From: Anaerolineales bacterium
GTDB taxonomy: Bacteria; Chloroflexota; Anaerolineae; Anaerolineales; UBA11579
Assembly: GCA_025450445.1 (NCBI GenBank)
Contig: JANWHN010000055.1
Location: forward strand, 1,325-65,324
Direction of reading: 5' to 3'
Length of the DNA: 64,000 nt
Positions 9,136-18,088 of the stretch are shown in pieces. The notes under the pieces are model-generated. The model was not told the origin of the DNA. It worked only from the letters and a program-made list of their open reading frames with translations, and ran no database searches. The stretch's first letter is position 1; each line of letters starts with the position of its first letter. The position numbers and the translations under genes are program-made.

Positions 9136-10578
9136 TTATTGCGCTGGTATCGTCCACTCGGGACCGACGATCACCTCAACATCGATCTGGCTGTTGGGAT
9201 CATAGCGGCTGAAGATGTGGGTCGGCGAAACGTGTAACAGTTGCACCAAGTATTGCACGGTATATGGGTTTCCGGTGTAGTCGATGATCGTGGTTCCCGA
9301 AACAACGTCGGAATTCCCGGTGCTCGCTACCGTGAAACCTTGGCCCTCGAGATAAACTCGAGTTAGATCTGCCAATCCTGCCACGCCTGCGCCATTGTTG
9401 ATCGAGAGCTGTGCGGCTTCCGCCTGCATCAGTTGGCCCGCTTCAGAGCTGTTTGCTACTTGGCTGCGCGCCGTACCTGAAGAGAAGACTTGGTCGCGCA
9501 GCAAGCGGATGTTTTCCGTAATAGGCTTCAAAATATCCAGACCGTCAGGAGACTTGCCGATGGTCACATAATCAGGCGGGGCGATCACGGCTTGCACAAT
9601 GTTGTAGGTCTCGATGTCTTTGGCTGCCCAACCCAAACTGATCATCTCGGGGAGCGACATATTGGTGTTGACGCCTGTCGAAAGTTGCTCGTAGATCTGG
9701 AAGCCTTGCGTTAGCAGCAAGTTCAGTACCTCCGGGCGCAGCAATTGGTTGCGAATGGCGAAGATGACTTCCTGTTGACGGCTAGCACGGGCGAAATCGC
9801 CGTCCATGGTGTGGCGAGCCCGCGCATAAGCAAGCGCATATGCACCGTTCAACGTCTCGTTGTGTGCAGGGCAGTTTTCGTCCTTCGGGCAACCAATCAG
9901 CCTGGTTTGCTCCTCGCCAATTAGTTGCACCCGGATGTGTTCGTTTTCCTCCAACTGGATCTTGATCCCGCCGATCATGTCAATGAATCGCTCGAACGCA
10001 TGAAAATCGATTTGGGCATAATAATTGATCGTAATTCCGAGAAACTGCTCCACCGTTTTTACGGCCAACCCAGCCCCGCCCCCCGGCAGCTGGGCGCCTT
10101 CGCCCAGGAAGTAAGCATTGTTGATCTTGTCGTGCCCGAAGCCCGGGATATCGATCCACAGGTCACGCGGGATTGAGAGCATGCCCGCGGTGTTGGTCAC
10201 CGGGTCGAATGTCAGCAGCATCATGGTGTCGGTGCGCGGGGGTCCGCCAGCTTCCCAGTCGCGCGCATCCAAGCCCATCACCAGCACGTTCACTCGGCTC
10301 GATCCGTCCCAAGGTTCCGGCTCCAGGCCGGTTCCCGTGATGGGCGCTACATCCACAACTTCCCCGGCTTCATTCGTGGTTTGTGCCTGGATAGGAGCAC
10401 CTGGCAATTGAAAAGATGTGGTGCTGATCACCAATTGGCGCACAAAGCTAAACGCCAGCACGCTGGTCACTAGCGCCGCCAGGACAAACGCGCCGACGAA
10501 GATCTGGCTAAGCCGATCCAGCGCTCTGAAATTTGTAATTAGTCTTCTAAATCTTGATTCCTTCATCTGTTTGTTCAA
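9136..10578 (-). CDS. LytR-CpsA-Psr (LCP) family cell-envelope phosphotransferase with a LytR_C-like C-terminal domain
   Basis: TM anchor, VLVMGLDARD, RTDTMMLLTFDP, SIPRDLW. Confidence 0.85.
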   Translation of the reverse strand: MNKQMKESRFRRLITNFRALDRLSQIFVGAFVLAALVTSVLAFSFVRQLVISTTSFQLPGAPIQAQTTNEAGEVVDVAPITGTGLEPEPWDGSSRVNVLVMGLDARDWEAGGPPRTDTMMLLTFDPVTNTAGMLSIPRDLWIDIPGFGHDKINNAYFLGEGAQLPGGGAGLAVKTVEQFLGITINYYAQIDFHAFERFIDMIGGIKIQLEENEHIRVQLIGEEQTRLIGCPKDENCPAHNETLNGAYALAYARARHTMDGDFARASRQQEVIFAIRNQLLRPEVLNLLLTQGFQIYEQLSTGVNTNMSLPEMISLGWAAKDIETYNIVQAVIAPPDYVTIGKSPDGLDILKPITENIRLLRDQVFSSGTARSQVANSSEAGQLMQAEAAQLSINNGAGVAGLADLTRVYLEGQGFTVASTGNSDVVSGTTIIDYTGNPYTVQYLVQLLHVSPTHIFSRYDPNSQIDVEVIVGPEWTIPAQ

Positions 10579-10697
10579 TCCTTAACAAGCCGAAATTATA
10601 GCAATTCGACAATTTGCCTGCATTAGCCTGCGCTTAGCTGTTTTCTATAGTCTCTTTGATGCAAATTGGATGCCAAAGAGTCTTACAATAAACAGCT

Positions 10698-11849
10698 GTG
10701 ATTGCTAAAAGCGATCTTTCCAGTCTCATCGAACAGGTCTACGCCTCGGGCGCCAAGGCCGCGTTTGTCGTCACTGGCGCAGGTTCGTCGGCTATCCACC
10801 GGCTGCTCAGCGTCGCCGGGGCTTCGGGCACCGTGCTGGAGGCCGTCATACCGTACAGTGCGCAAGCTTTGCAAGACTACGTCGGCTTCCTGCCAGCCAA
10901 ATTCGTTTCGGAGGTCACTGCAGCCTCCTTGTCTGCGGCTGCTTACGCTCGCGGGTTGCGCTACCAAGTCGGCAACGCCGAGAGCTTGCTTTCGGTTGCT
11001 AGCTCGGCCACCATCGCCACTAACCGCGTCAAAAAAGGGGATCACGGTGCGGTAGTCAGTGTCCGCAATTCTGATCGCGCCACCAATTATTCGTTGAGCA
11101 TCAAAAAAGGGCTGCGCGATCGCGCTGGCGAAGAAGAGCTTGTCAGCCAACTGATTTTGCAAGCGCTGTTTGTCGAGCTCCAACTTCAATCCAAGATCGC
11201 ATTGGACCTCGATCCCGAAGAGGGTTTTGCGCAATCCATCAATCATGCAAAGCAACCGCTCGACGACCTTTACAAATCAAAGGCTGCTAACGTGCTCTGC
11301 TACGGCTCAGCCGCCCAGGTCGCCAATGTGCCCTTCTCGGGCCTGATCCTGCCAGGCTCGTTTAACCCCGCCCACGAAGGTCACCTGCTGCTTGCCCGCA
11401 CTGCGGAGCGCAAGCTCGGCCGCTGGCTGGCTTTCGAAATGTCGGTTGGCAACGTCGATAAGGCCGATCTAACCCCGCAAGAAATACTCGAACGCTTGAA
11501 AGAACCACGCCTCTCCGCAGAACGGATTCTGCTCACCCGCCTCCCGCTCTTCCGCGATAAAGCCAAACTGTTTCCTGGCAGCACCTTTGTGGTCGGCTTT
11601 GATACTGCCAGCCGAACCGTCGACCCTCGCTACTACGATGACGATGTGGATAAAATGCGCTCAGCCCTCGAAGAGATCCGCCAAACCGACTGCAATTTCC
11701 TCGTCGCCGGTCGCCGCACCGATGGCAAGTTTTACACTTTGAAAGATTTGGAGTTACCAAGAGGATACGAAGATCTGTTCCTTGGTTTGACTGAAGATGA
11801 ATTTCGTCTCGATCTCTCTTCCACCGAGATCAGGCAACAAAGCGGGTAG
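10698..11849 (+). CDS. Two-domain protein: CinA/PncC-like N-terminal domain fused to an HxGH nucleotidyltransferase (NMN/NaMN adenylyltransferase-like) domain
   Basis: The N-terminus VTGAGSSAIHRLLSVAGASGTVLEAVIPYS resembles the CinA ESCTGG...PGSS...Y(S/A) pattern. The C-terminal half has GSFNPAHEGH. Confidence 0.6.
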   Translation: MIAKSDLSSLIEQVYASGAKAAFVVTGAGSSAIHRLLSVAGASGTVLEAVIPYSAQALQDYVGFLPAKFVSEVTAASLSAAAYARGLRYQVGNAESLLSVASSATIATNRVKKGDHGAVVSVRNSDRATNYSLSIKKGLRDRAGEEELVSQLILQALFVELQLQSKIALDLDPEEGFAQSINHAKQPLDDLYKSKAANVLCYGSAAQVANVPFSGLILPGSFNPAHEGHLLLARTAERKLGRWLAFEMSVGNVDKADLTPQEILERLKEPRLSAERILLTRLPLFRDKAKLFPGSTFVVGFDTASRTVDPRYYDDDVDKMRSALEEIRQTDCNFLVAGRRTDGKFYTLKDLELPRGYEDLFLGLTEDEFRLDLSSTEIRQQSG

Positions 11850-11851
11850 CG

Positions 11852-12310
11852 ATGTCAAAAAGTAACGGCGCTTTCGAGATCGTTCGCGCTAGTTTGCTCG
11901 ACCTGAACCCCGTCCGCGAACTTGAGAATCTGGCTTTCGAGCAGGATGCCTGGCCCCTCATCGAAATGATCGGCGTGCTCAGCCTGCCTAGCATCGAGCG
12001 CTGGAAGGCTGTCCAGGGCGAAAAGCTGGTCGGCTTCGTCGCCGCCGACATCCGGCGCCGCCAGGATCTAGCTTGGATAGCTACGATAGCTGTTCACCCC
12101 GATCACCGCGGCCTGGGTATCGGGGACGCGCTTATGCAAACCGTTGAGGAGCGCGTCGGTATGCCTGCCATGCGCCTCAGCGTCCGCGCCACCAACCTGA
12201 AAGCCATGCGGCTCTATCAGCGCCGTGGTTACGAACAGATCGATGTGTGGCCGAACTATTACATTGGGGGCGAAGATGCAATTGTGATGGAGAAAAAACT
12301 TACTAAGTAA
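11852..12310 (+). CDS. GNAT N-acetyltransferase (RimI-like)
   Basis: IAVHPDHRGLGIGDALM acetyl-CoA-binding motif. Confidence 0.8.
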   Translation: MSKSNGAFEIVRASLLDLNPVRELENLAFEQDAWPLIEMIGVLSLPSIERWKAVQGEKLVGFVAADIRRRQDLAWIATIAVHPDHRGLGIGDALMQTVEERVGMPAMRLSVRATNLKAMRLYQRRGYEQIDVWPNYYIGGEDAIVMEKKLTK

Positions 12311-13199
12311 CCTTGCCGCGCACGATCGCGTCTGTCATCTTAGCCACTCGCGCGATCTGCGCCACATCATGCACGCGCACAATATCGGCACCGCGCAGGA
12401 CGGCAACTGCCACCGCCGCCGCCGTACCCTCGACCCGTTGGTCGGGCGGCAGGTCCAGCGTATAGCCGATAAAAGATTTGCGCGAAGCGCCAACCAGCAA
12501 TGGATAACCAAGCTCGCGGATTTCTCCGCAACGGTTTAGTAGATCTAAATTTTGTTCGACAGTTTTCCCAAAGCCTATGCCCGGGTCGAGGATAATTTTC
12601 TCGTCCGGTATTCCAGCTTTGTGGGCAATTGAAACACTCTCAAGTAATTCTTTCTTCACATCTTCGATCAGGTTTGCGTACTCCACACCCACATAACGAC
12701 CGCCCAATCGCTCGCGTATTTCGGCGTTAGCTGGCTGGCTGCGGTTGTGCATCAAAATCACCGCTACGTCGCGTTCCGCCACCAAACCCGCCAGCTCTGG
12801 GTCGGCCCGCAAGCCCCACACATCGTTCACCAGGCTCGCGCCCGCATCCAGCGCGGCCGCGGCCACGGACGCTGTGTAAGTATCTATAGAGATAGGTGTC
12901 TCAACTTCACGCGAGAGTTGCTCCACTACGGGAACGACTCGTTCCATTTCTTCCGTCGCGCCCACCGGCTCAGCCCCTGGCCGCGTGCTCTCGCCGCCCA
13001 CATCCAAGATATCGGCGCCACTTTCCACAAAACCCCGCGCCTGCTTGAGCGCAGCTTCGATCATTTGGTTGCCTTGAAACAATCCATCGCCAGAAAAGCT
13101 ATCTGGCGTGATATTAAGGATGCCCATTACATAAGTACGTGAGCCCCACGCGAACGTGCTATTCCCGATCTTCATTTCCTTCATTTTGAGGGTTTTCAA
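12303..13199 (-). CDS. folP: Dihydropteroate synthase
   Basis: MGILNITPDSFSGDG, DVGGESTRPG, GASRKSFIG. Confidence 0.9.
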   Translation of the reverse strand: MKTLKMKEMKIGNSTFAWGSRTYVMGILNITPDSFSGDGLFQGNQMIEAALKQARGFVESGADILDVGGESTRPGAEPVGATEEMERVVPVVEQLSREVETPISIDTYTASVAAAALDAGASLVNDVWGLRADPELAGLVAERDVAVILMHNRSQPANAEIRERLGGRYVGVEYANLIEDVKKELLESVSIAHKAGIPDEKIILDPGIGFGKTVEQNLDLLNRCGEIRELGYPLLVGASRKSFIGYTLDLPPDQRVEGTAAAVAVAVLRGADIVRVHDVAQIARVAKMTDAIVRGKVT

Positions 13200-13693
13200 A
13201 ACGCCGGCTTAGCTTGGTACTCGTGAACACCACTTGCGTCTAGTCGCTCTATCAGCTCGGCCACTGTCGTGTCCTGGCCTGGGACTATCAAATCAGAAGC
13301 AAGCTCTGCCAGCGGGACCAACATAAACGCTCGTTCATGCAACCTGGGGTGGGGGATGCTGAGTCCGGACTCGGAACATTCGAGGTCGTCATAGAGCAGG
13401 ATGTCGATATCGATCTCGCGCGGCCCATTGCGAAAAGTCGCTTGCCGCCCGACTTTCCTCTCTACGTCCTTGATCTTTTTTAGCAGGGCAGGTGGCTCCT
13501 GCTCCGTCTCCGCTTCGATCACCATGTTGAGAAACTCTTCCTGCTCCTCGAACCCCCAGGGCTTTGTTTCGTAGATCGCAGACCTGCGCAGAACCTGCAC
13601 CTCCGGCCCCATTTCTTCCAGAGCTTTCTCAAGTTGGGCGGAACGATCACCTAAATTGGAGCCGAGCCCGAGATAAACCTTATGCATTTGCAT
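13196..13693 (-). CDS. folK: 2-amino-4-hydroxy-6-hydroxymethyldihydropteridine pyrophosphokinase (HPPK)
   Basis: YLGLGSNLGDR, GPREIDIDILLY, IPHPRLHERAF. Translationally coupled to folP. Confidence 0.9.
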   Translation of the reverse strand: MQMHKVYLGLGSNLGDRSAQLEKALEEMGPEVQVLRRSAIYETKPWGFEEQEEFLNMVIEAETEQEPPALLKKIKDVERKVGRQATFRNGPREIDIDILLYDDLECSESGLSIPHPRLHERAFMLVPLAELASDLIVPGQDTTVAELIERLDASGVHEYQAKPAF

Positions 13694-13739
13694 TTCGCCT
13701 TGATTTCGAGCGAGAATAATACAGCATCACCAGAAGTCA

Positions 13740-13804
13740 TGGAGTTGCGTCAGTCGGCGAAAGCCGACCAGCACACTCCAACGCGAACGGTTTTATCGTT
13801 CGCA
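13740..13804 (+). repeat. Two-hairpin element, copy A
   Basis: TGGAGT..(GTCGGCgaaaGCCGAC)..ACTCCA followed by ACGCGAACG-gttttat-CGTTCGCA. Shares conserved flanks with copies at 33857, 50982(-) and 62831. Confidence 0.6.
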
Positions 13805-13836
13805 CGCATGCTATAATTTTTTTTTGCAAAAATAAT

Positions 13837-13923
13837 GGAGAGGTCGCATAGTCCGGCCTAGTGCGCACGCTTGGAAAGCGTGTATACCGCAAGGTATCGA
13901 GGGTTCGAATCCCTCCCTCTCCG
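13837..13923 (+). tRNA. tRNA-Ser (anticodon GGA), type II with long variable arm
   Basis: Acceptor GGAGAGG/CCTCTCC, anticodon stem-loop CACGC-TTGGAAA-GCGTG, T-arm GAGGG-TTCGAAT-CCCTC. CCA is not encoded. TATAAT lies at 13812-13817. Confidence 0.9.
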
Positions 13924-13932
13924 CTCTTGAAT

Positions 13933-13965
13933 AAAAAAAACCGCCGGTTCCGGCGGTTTTTCTTT
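13933..13965. terminator. Bidirectional intrinsic terminator
   Basis: A8, stem CCGCCGG/CCGGCGG, then T-run. Confidence 0.7.
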
Positions 13966-14243
13966 TAACTCTGCGGCCTCACGAACAAACTGACTATTAA
14001 GAACATAAATGCCAGTGACCCATACATCACCGCCCGCGCTTCTTTCTGCGCCCAGCGTCTATTTACGAAATTCGCCACTAAGCCCACGAGCACCGCGCCG
14101 ATAAACAGCAGGTCGCCCGCCGCCAATCCGAAAAGCCCGGGCGCGATCGCCGGGTCGAACATGCTGCCGCGATAAATAAAAAATCTGCCTGCAGTCGTAA
14201 AAACCAAGGTCAGTAAAAGACTAGGGAACAGATACTCAAACAT
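13965..14243 (-). CDS. Small membrane protein (3 TM helices)
   Basis: Hydrophobic ORF; last gene of the same-strand cluster 13965-16461. Confidence 0.5.
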   Translation of the reverse strand: MFEYLFPSLLLTLVFTTAGRFFIYRGSMFDPAIAPGLFGLAAGDLLFIGAVLVGLVANFVNRRWAQKEARAVMYGSLAFMFLIVSLFVRPQS

Positions 14244-14255
14244 GGTTCTCCTTTT

Positions 14256-14783
14256 CTATAATCCTAAAAATCCGAGGTCAACAACTTCCAGGACCACAAA
14301 TCCCATCAGGATGCCTAGCACCCACCCGACGACCACGTCGGAAATAAAGTGCAATCCGGTTGCCACGCGCGCTAAGCCCACCAGTGGCGCCCACACGAGT
14401 AACAGAGTGCCGAACCATGATGGCCCCAGCCCAAACCCGACCACCGCCAACATCATTGCCCTGGCTGCGTGGCCAGACGGAAACGAATGCGGATCTGTGC
14501 GCCGATACAGCTGGCCCCATTCGCCTTCGGGTCGCTGGCGCCGCACAGTAAATTTGATCAATAGCACAACGCCGGCGGTCACAAGAATTCCCACCATCAT
14601 CGCTGCGGGGACTTCTCGCCATTCCTGGTCACCGCGCCAAAACAAGAGCAGCAACCCAACTAGCCAAAACCACGAGTCGCCCGAATGACCAAACAATATC
14701 GCCAGCCTGCGCAACAAGCCCGGCTTCTCGGCCACTCGCAACTGAGTCGAGATGCGCGCGTCAGTTTCGATCCACGATTGCAT
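14256..14783 (-). CDS. PAP2-family (type 2 phosphatidic acid / undecaprenyl-PP type) membrane phosphatase
   Basis: RRQRPE, SFPSGHAA, ATGLHFISDVVVG (the three PAP2 motifs). Confidence 0.8.
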   Translation of the reverse strand: MQSWIETDARISTQLRVAEKPGLLRRLAILFGHSGDSWFWLVGLLLLFWRGDQEWREVPAAMMVGILVTAGVVLLIKFTVRRQRPEGEWGQLYRRTDPHSFPSGHAARAMMLAVVGFGLGPSWFGTLLLVWAPLVGLARVATGLHFISDVVVGWVLGILMGFVVLEVVDLGFLGL

Positions 14784-15565
14784 TAGTGCTTAGCCCGCCG
14801 TTCGAGATCGCCTCGCACGATTTCCAGGTGATGGGTCTTGTCCACGTCCATGCCCAGCTCGGCATAGGGACACACTACCCCGCGCCCGCGCATGTTCAGG
14901 TTCTTGCTCGCCCGCCGCGCCGCATCTTCCAATGTGAGCGCTCGGATAAGCGCTAGAAACAGCAGGTCAAATCCCACCAGCGCAGCTTGCTTCAGGGGAT
15001 TCTTGCGTGCCGCAGCTAATTTTTCCCAGAAGCCCGTATCCGAAAGAATGAGATTCAATGCCGCAGGAGTCAAATCGCCGCCGCAAACTTCGATGCCCTT
15101 TAGCTTTGTGAAGGTCCGCTTCGAATTAGGGAAGCGAGCTTCCATCACGCTGCGCTCGATCACGTTGTAAACAACGTCATCTTCGCCAGGCCGAACCTGG
15201 TCAGCCACCCAATCCACCATTGCGGCCGTGATTGTCGGGATATCAGACGAAACGATCAAGGTGTATTCAGCTTTTGGATTGATCTCTTTGATCTTGTTCG
15301 CGCCCGCTCGAATGTTGCTGATCATCCCGCCTTGGTTTGGCACATACGCCGACGGCTTCTTGGAAGTGACTCCACTGCTTTCATCCAGGCCAACAATGAC
15401 GACTTTGCCCACGCTCTTGGCTTCGCTGAGCGCGTCCAGCACCCATTGCACCATTGGCTTGCCGGCCACATCGATCAGCGCCTTCGACTTGCCTTGCGTG
15501 AATTCGTAGAGCGAGTCGCCGGTCTCGGGCACTCCACCGGCGGTCACTAGGGCATCAAAAATCAA
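14783..15565 (-). CDS. MobA-like NTP-transferase (nucleotidyltransferase) domain protein
   Basis: N-terminal ALVTAGGVP...KALIDVAGKPMVQWVLDAL glycine-rich NTP-binding loop. Confidence 0.7.
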   Translation of the reverse strand: MIFDALVTAGGVPETGDSLYEFTQGKSKALIDVAGKPMVQWVLDALSEAKSVGKVVIVGLDESSGVTSKKPSAYVPNQGGMISNIRAGANKIKEINPKAEYTLIVSSDIPTITAAMVDWVADQVRPGEDDVVYNVIERSVMEARFPNSKRTFTKLKGIEVCGGDLTPAALNLILSDTGFWEKLAAARKNPLKQAALVGFDLLFLALIRALTLEDAARRASKNLNMRGRGVVCPYAELGMDVDKTHHLEIVRGDLERRAKH

Positions 15566-16461
15566 TTGAGCTCCATGATCTGCGGCTCGAGCTTCAGCTC
15601 GTCGATCATTGAATTAAGCTCATCATGCGTCAGCTTGCGCCCTTTGCCAGAGGCGGCAATCAGCGCCGCTTCTAGCATGTTCGTGCCAAATGAGCGCCCA
15701 TCGAATATGGGCGTCGTCGTGACTAAATACTTGATCCCGATCTTGCGCAGCATCTCAACGTCATCAGGCGTGGTCGTATTGGCCAAAACCACTTTGCCGG
15801 GCAGGCTTTCAGGAATATGGCGCTTAATAAAATGGAAATCGCCGGCGATCACGTTTGCCCATTCATAATACTTGTGCCACTTTGGGATTCTTTTCCCTTG
15901 CTTCTCGCCAGTCGGGTACAGCCACTCGAAGGGGAGCCGGCTGGCAACCGGCACCACCACCGCCGCTAGCGTTTTGATCGCTCCCTCTGTCCGCAGCGGA
16001 ATCGGCAATCCCAACGCGAACATAAAGTCCCCAAACACGCAGTCGTAGCCTGCATCGAGGAATGAACGCGTCATTCCCCAACGGTCCGCCCCGCTTGTAA
16101 TTAGTGCCTTTCTCTCTTTAACGTAATCGCCCGTCTTGGCATGAAAAAAACCTATGGCTCGATTTTCCAGCGTGTTCTTGATCCCTTCACCATCAACCAG
16201 GGGTGTTTTTTCCACGAACCGCACAATCGATTTGACTGAATGTAACGGATAGAATTTTTTGTCCACCAGCAGCCCGAGGTCCGCGCCTCCCAAACCGAAA
16301 GCGTCAACCTTGCCATCCAATTCCTTGAATAGATGAGCGGCTTTCTCCATATCCCCATTGGTGCCGATGCGCTCGATGCGCACGGTTTCACCAAGCAGCT
16401 TAACTTCCACCGCCTTGTCGCGCTTTGATGACCCGATGCTTATGCTTACCGCTCGTTTCAT
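15562..16461 (-). CDS. Conserved hypothetical protein, function unknown
   Basis: Coherent 299-aa ORF, translationally coupled to the NTP-transferase gene. I recognise no motif. Confidence 0.5.
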   Translation of the reverse strand: MKRAVSISIGSSKRDKAVEVKLLGETVRIERIGTNGDMEKAAHLFKELDGKVDAFGLGGADLGLLVDKKFYPLHSVKSIVRFVEKTPLVDGEGIKNTLENRAIGFFHAKTGDYVKERKALITSGADRWGMTRSFLDAGYDCVFGDFMFALGLPIPLRTEGAIKTLAAVVVPVASRLPFEWLYPTGEKQGKRIPKWHKYYEWANVIAGDFHFIKRHIPESLPGKVVLANTTTPDDVEMLRKIGIKYLVTTTPIFDGRSFGTNMLEAALIAASGKGRKLTHDELNSMIDELKLEPQIMELN

Positions 16462-16640
16462 GGCTCCTCTTTTCTAACCGAGTTGGCATTGTACACCTTG
16501 ACTTAATGCTGCATTTCTCTTTCCAATTGTCTATTCCACCGTTTTCCGCCCGAAACACGCTTAATGAAGTCTCTTGACACCATGCGCTATAATCAATTGG
16601 CCTCTAAGGCCTAAAGAAAAAAGCAATCCCCGGAGGTCTG

Positions 16641-17591
16641 ATGAAAACTCCCATCCCAAATTACGCCTATTTCCGCGGCAAGATCGTTCCTTATTCCGAA
16701 GCAAAGATCGGGGTCATGTCCCACGCTTTGAATTACGGCACCGCCGTTTTCGGAGGCATTCGTGGCTATTGGAACGAATCCGAAGAAGAGTTATTTATTT
16801 TCCGACCCACCGACCATTTCAAGCGCCTCTTCAATTCTGCAAAATTGATGGTTATGGACCTCGGCCATACCCAGCAAGAATTGATTGACCTGACCGTTGA
16901 GTTACTTCAAACCGAAGGCTATCGCCAGGATGTCTATGTTCGCCCCATGGCTTATTTCTCAGACCAGATCATTGGGGTCAAGTTACACGACCTGCAAACC
17001 GAGGTCACGATCTTCTCGGTCCCATTCGATAAATATGTAGATAACGACACTGGCGCCCATGTCACCTTTTCCTCTTGGCGCCGAGTGGATGACAACATGA
17101 TTCCCGCCCGCACCAAGGTCGCCGGAGCCTACGTCAACACTGCCTTCATCAAGACCGACGCGGTTCGCGCTGGCTTCGACGAGGCTTTGGTCCTTAGCGC
17201 GGACGGGCATATCTCAGAAGGCAGTGCAGAGAACATCTTCATGATGCGCGATGGTCTGCTTATCACTCCGCCCATCACTGACAACATTCTCGAAGGCATC
17301 ACTCGTAAGACAATCATTGAGCTCGCCGAGCAGGACCTGGGTATGAAGGTCGTTCAACGCTCGGTGGATCGCACCGAAGTCTTCATCTGCGAGGAGCTCT
17401 TCATGACCGGCACCGCCGCTGCGGTCACCGCCATCACCAAGGTCGATCATCGCGTTGTCGGAGACGGAAAGATGGGACCGGTCACCACTAAGCTCCGCAA
17501 ACTTTACGACGATGCGGTCCGCGGGAAGCTAAAGCACCACCGCGATTGGAACTATCCCGTTTACGAAAAGATGATGGTCAAGGCTAAATAG
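16641..17591 (+). CDS. ilvE: Branched-chain amino acid aminotransferase (fold type IV)
   Basis: GGAGG Shine-Dalgarno; HALNYGTAVFGGIR, EGSAENIFM, LEGITR, MTGTAA. Confidence 0.9.
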   Translation: MKTPIPNYAYFRGKIVPYSEAKIGVMSHALNYGTAVFGGIRGYWNESEEELFIFRPTDHFKRLFNSAKLMVMDLGHTQQELIDLTVELLQTEGYRQDVYVRPMAYFSDQIIGVKLHDLQTEVTIFSVPFDKYVDNDTGAHVTFSSWRRVDDNMIPARTKVAGAYVNTAFIKTDAVRAGFDEALVLSADGHISEGSAENIFMMRDGLLITPPITDNILEGITRKTIIELAEQDLGMKVVQRSVDRTEVFICEELFMTGTAAAVTAITKVDHRVVGDGKMGPVTTKLRKLYDDAVRGKLKHHRDWNYPVYEKMMVKAK

Positions 17592-17606
17592 AAGCTCCGA
17601 CTTAAA

Positions 17607-17640
17607 CAAAAAAACCGCAGGCATTGCCTGCGGTTTTTGT
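17607..17640. terminator. Bidirectional intrinsic terminator
   Basis: A-run, stem ACCGCAGGC/GCCTGCGGT, then T-run. Confidence 0.7.
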
Positions 17641-17650
17641 TTGAGCCTCG

Positions 17651-17905
17651 TTATACGCCAACTTCAGTATCTTCATCCTCCATCACCTCTTCGCCTGTTC
17701 GGCGATTCGGATCCGAGGGATCAACCGGCTGGCGATCTTGCCAATTCTGGGTTGTGCTGCTGTTTTGCGAGTTGCGGTTCATGTCCCACTGTTTGTCGGC
17801 CTGAGGCTTGTTAGCCTGAGCGTTGCCCTTTGGCATGGAATTCTTGGGCATCGCAGACTTCTTGGCCTTCCGCGGTTTTTCGCGGGTACCTTTTTTGCCT
17901 GGCAT
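17651..17905 (-). CDS. Small low-complexity protein, basic N-terminus and acidic C-terminus, probably disordered
   Basis: Perfect AAGGAGG Shine-Dalgarno 7 nt upstream of the ATG and a terminator downstream. No recognisable domain. Confidence 0.55.
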   Translation of the reverse strand: MPGKKGTREKPRKAKKSAMPKNSMPKGNAQANKPQADKQWDMNRNSQNSSTTQNWQDRQPVDPSDPNRRTGEEVMEDEDTEVGV

Positions 17906-18034
17906 TCTTCCTCCTTACGAATAGGGAATGATGCTACAAACCCAACAACGCTTCAGCCAAAGGGCTGTTACAAAGCCTTCTCTGGGCTAACGTGGCTATT
18001 AACCAATTAATCATCTTTAGGCTGGTTTAGCCCC

Positions 18035-18063
18035 TTGACCCTGGTTAATACTTGCCCTATAAT
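18035..18063 (+). promoter_or_regulatory. Sigma-70-type promoter TTGACC-N17-TATAAT for the cysteine-operon leader
   Basis: TTGACC at 18035-18040, a 17-nt spacer, TATAAT at 18058-18063. Confidence 0.55.
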
Positions 18064-18088
18064 TTTTTATAAGTTTCTAAGATAAATT

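Noticed and set aside
13789-13817. The idea that hairpin 2 of the repeat element is itself the -35 region of a promoter, because TATAAT or TATACT follows copies A and B.
   Set aside because: The distance from element to -10 differs (7 nt versus 3 nt). Copy C abuts a tRNA with no room for a promoter, and copy D has no -10 box. The element is therefore probably not a promoter module, although copies A and B may sit next to promoters.
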